A DNA stretch of 64,000 nucleotides. Origin: Azolla caroliniana. Lineage: Eukaryota; Plantae; Polypodiophyta. A program made the position numbers and the translations under genes. Positions 61,576 to 64,000 of this stretch are shown here, piece after piece (the first letter of the stretch is position 1; every line of letters starts with the position of its first letter). The notes below the pieces were generated by a model. It searched no databases. It saw nothing but the letters and a program-made list of their open reading frames with translations, and was not told the origin of the DNA. The stretch covers positions 8,866,001-8,930,000 of the forward strand of contig JBHGNT010000003.1 of assembly GCA_043228905.1 (NCBI GenBank). The letters run 5' to 3'.

Positions 61576-64000
61576 CTTCCTCTTCTTTTGCTCTCATCAA
61601 GTTTGCTTAGTGACCTCCTCTTCCACCTCTTCAGCCCCCTCCCACGTCCTCCATATTCTCTCTCCTTAGATGGTTTAGGGCAAACATTCTTTAAATGACC
61701 AGCTTCACCACAATTGTAGCATTTTCAATTTTCACTTCCGCTTGAATTTGACACCATTAGTGCCGATCGTACCCCTGGAAGTCCAATAATGTCAGAGAGC
61801 AGCTTCATTCTACTCTCCTCTTGTATCATAGTCGTAATTGCCTCATCAAGTGTGGGAATTTCAGCCTTGGCTAGAAGAACTGCTCTTCTTTGATCAAACG
61901 ACATGTTGAGATGTTTCAAAAATTGCATGGTTCTTCTTTCAACAGAAATTTCCTTGCTCTTACATTGAGGATCATTGCACACTATCACAAGCGAGAAATG
62001 ATCATATTCTACCCATAGACACTCCACCTCTATGGCATATTCCTGAATCATCCTATCTCCATGCTAGACGACATCTATCTCCTACTCGATTTGAAATACT
62101 CTCATGTTATTTCCCCTCCCCGCATTTGTCTTTTGCAATTTCTCCCAAATCTCCTTCACACTTAAAATTTCATCAACAGTTGTGGCGATTGATGGAACCA
62201 TGGAGTTGAGAAGCCACATGTACAAAGACATGTGGGTGGCTCTCCATGCTTTCCATTCATTGCTCGTTTTGACAGGAGGTTCTTTATCTTCTCCCATTAG
62301 GTACCCGTCAAGGCTTCCCCCTACCAAGGCACCTATAATCCGACACGACCACCTCAAGTATGTGGTTGGTCCATCGAGTTTGAACTCAATTGGGAGGAGT
62401 TCAAGTCGAGATGGTGGTTGTGTTCCTGTCACACCTCTAGATGCTACAATCTCAACCCACTTCATATATTTCACCAATGTTTTCACCTCATCCTCGTTCA
62501 ATTTTGAGAACACCTCATCCATCTTCTCAACTTAGCCTATCTCTGCTCTCCTCTTCCGACTTCTTTTCTCAAGTCGCCTCTCAATCACATAGAATGTCAT
62601 CCCTAAAGGGAAAAATCCCCCTTTCTTCTCTTGGATGCTAGGACACTGCTATTCCAATCACCGTCATACTAGCATAAGGGTGGACCTAGGGTTTTACAAA
62701 GGGCTGATCTAGGGTTTTGTAGAGGGGCAGATCTATGCTCTGATACCAAATTGAAAAATGAGAAGGCACATTTATTCAATAATATACATTGGTATGTCAC
62801 AATAGGAGGGAGAAAATACAAAGATCACTCATATTTACATGAGGAGAAAGTTTCTCTTTATAAAGGCCAAGATCTGGCCGTTGGGCTAGCCGTTATAACT
62901 TTCAATCATTCAACAGATTCTGCTCAAGAGTCATGGTTTTCTTTGGCCTGATCACACGTCCCTCTTTGTGACATTTGAGCGATCATTTGCATCCGTTCGA
63001 CTACTCCGAATCGTCTTTGGAAATCCCTACATTCAACATAGTTTGTTACTACACTTATGACCATCCTCGCCAAAGGTTTCCCTTGAAATCAAATCACGGA
63101 ACCAAATAACATCAACTCGTCGCCGGTTTACGGTTTCGTGAGCAAAGTCTCCAGCCAATGTCCTATTTCCGCAGCTCCGAAACCACGATTCATAATGGTT
63201 TTGTCCGCCCATACGGCCAAATTGGGCCAAATCCGTATTTGCTCTCACTTCCCGAATGACGGCGATTCCCAAGGCTTGAGTGAGTGTTAAATAATGCGAG
63301 TCCTTGAAGTTTCTCACAAACAACAAGACATATCCTCCTTGTGCCAAACCCAAGTGTGAACATTGTTTTAGGGTTAGGGTTTCTAGTGCTCTTTTTCTTC
63401 TTTTCTGTTTCTCTCTCCAAACATTATGCATATATTTGTGGCATACACTCCCTGTTGGAGTGAACCTAACGAAGCCTTCAATCGACTCCTCTACATCTAC
63501 GCGGTATCTTGTGTCTGTCTTCCCAATTGTTATTTCTGTTTCTGATCTCCTTCTCTGTCATTAATCCAGAAAGCTTAGCGTTTGTGTTTTCTAGATGGAC
63601 GTGGTGGCTTAGTTTAACAGGCTTACTATGTTGGCTATTTACCGTCAGAATGCATTTGTTTCTCGTGGTACTGGTCTGTTGATCTTCATATTTAGTATGT
63701 AATTTGCAATCTCTTGGTACTGGTCTTTGAAATCGGTGCAAATGATGATTTGAACTGACGATCCAACGCCTATGCACAGTGAGGATTTTACAAAAGAGCT
63801 TTTTAAATCTGATGCCCGTTTTCATTGTTGGAATTCCATCTAATTCTCCTCAATTTCTTACGAAATTAATGAATTTAGAGCCAAGCAAAAGTTCGAAAGA
63901 TTAGGCGAGGAATTGGTGTGTTTGGCAACGTCTGTTTTACTGTAGGTGCAGTATGGCTGCAGTGTTCATTTCTGATTTGTTGTGCGTGATTGTTTTACAT

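Larger units (their letters stand above)
57093..62915 (-). mobile_element. Full-length degenerate Ty1/copia with short LTRs (62749-62915 and 57093-57292), PBS(Met) 62737-62748, TSD GATTC
   Basis: TSD at 57088-57092 and 62916-62920. Motifs: gag KLDGPTTYLRWS, HSDVWGP, YVDDIIITG and ADCLTKGL. Confidence 0.95.

Noticed and set aside
63033-63825. Short ORFs at the end of the window
   Set aside because: I could not support any motif or splice structure, so they are left unannotated.

Overview
Repeat-rich land-plant genomic DNA, most likely a non-seed plant such as a fern, lycophyte or bryophyte (inferred from the self-priming Tcn1-type chromoviruses and a spliced FAR gene). There is one intact host gene, an 8-exon fatty acyl-CoA reductase (FAR/MS2-like, 10447-14623). 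Most of the rest is a deep nest of transposons: an L1 LINE, several Ty1/copia and Ty3/gypsy elements, solo LTRs and a satellite-filled non-autonomous LTR element. The outstanding feature is a sharply bounded 9.8-kb TIR DNA transposon at 16153-25985 (35-bp TIRs, 4-bp GACG target duplication) inserted into a copia gag gene. It carries two divergently transcribed genes. One is a Sola1-like DDD transposase (+ strand). The other is a six-exon, ~973-codon gene (- strand) that fuses a ParB/Srx-like domain to a prokaryote-type beta-class N6-adenine/N4-cytosine DNA methyltransferase, and its first intron holds an array of long palindromes. Both genes are pseudogenised in this copy by single-base nonsense changes (the transposase also by a solo LTR), but their reading frames are otherwise intact.
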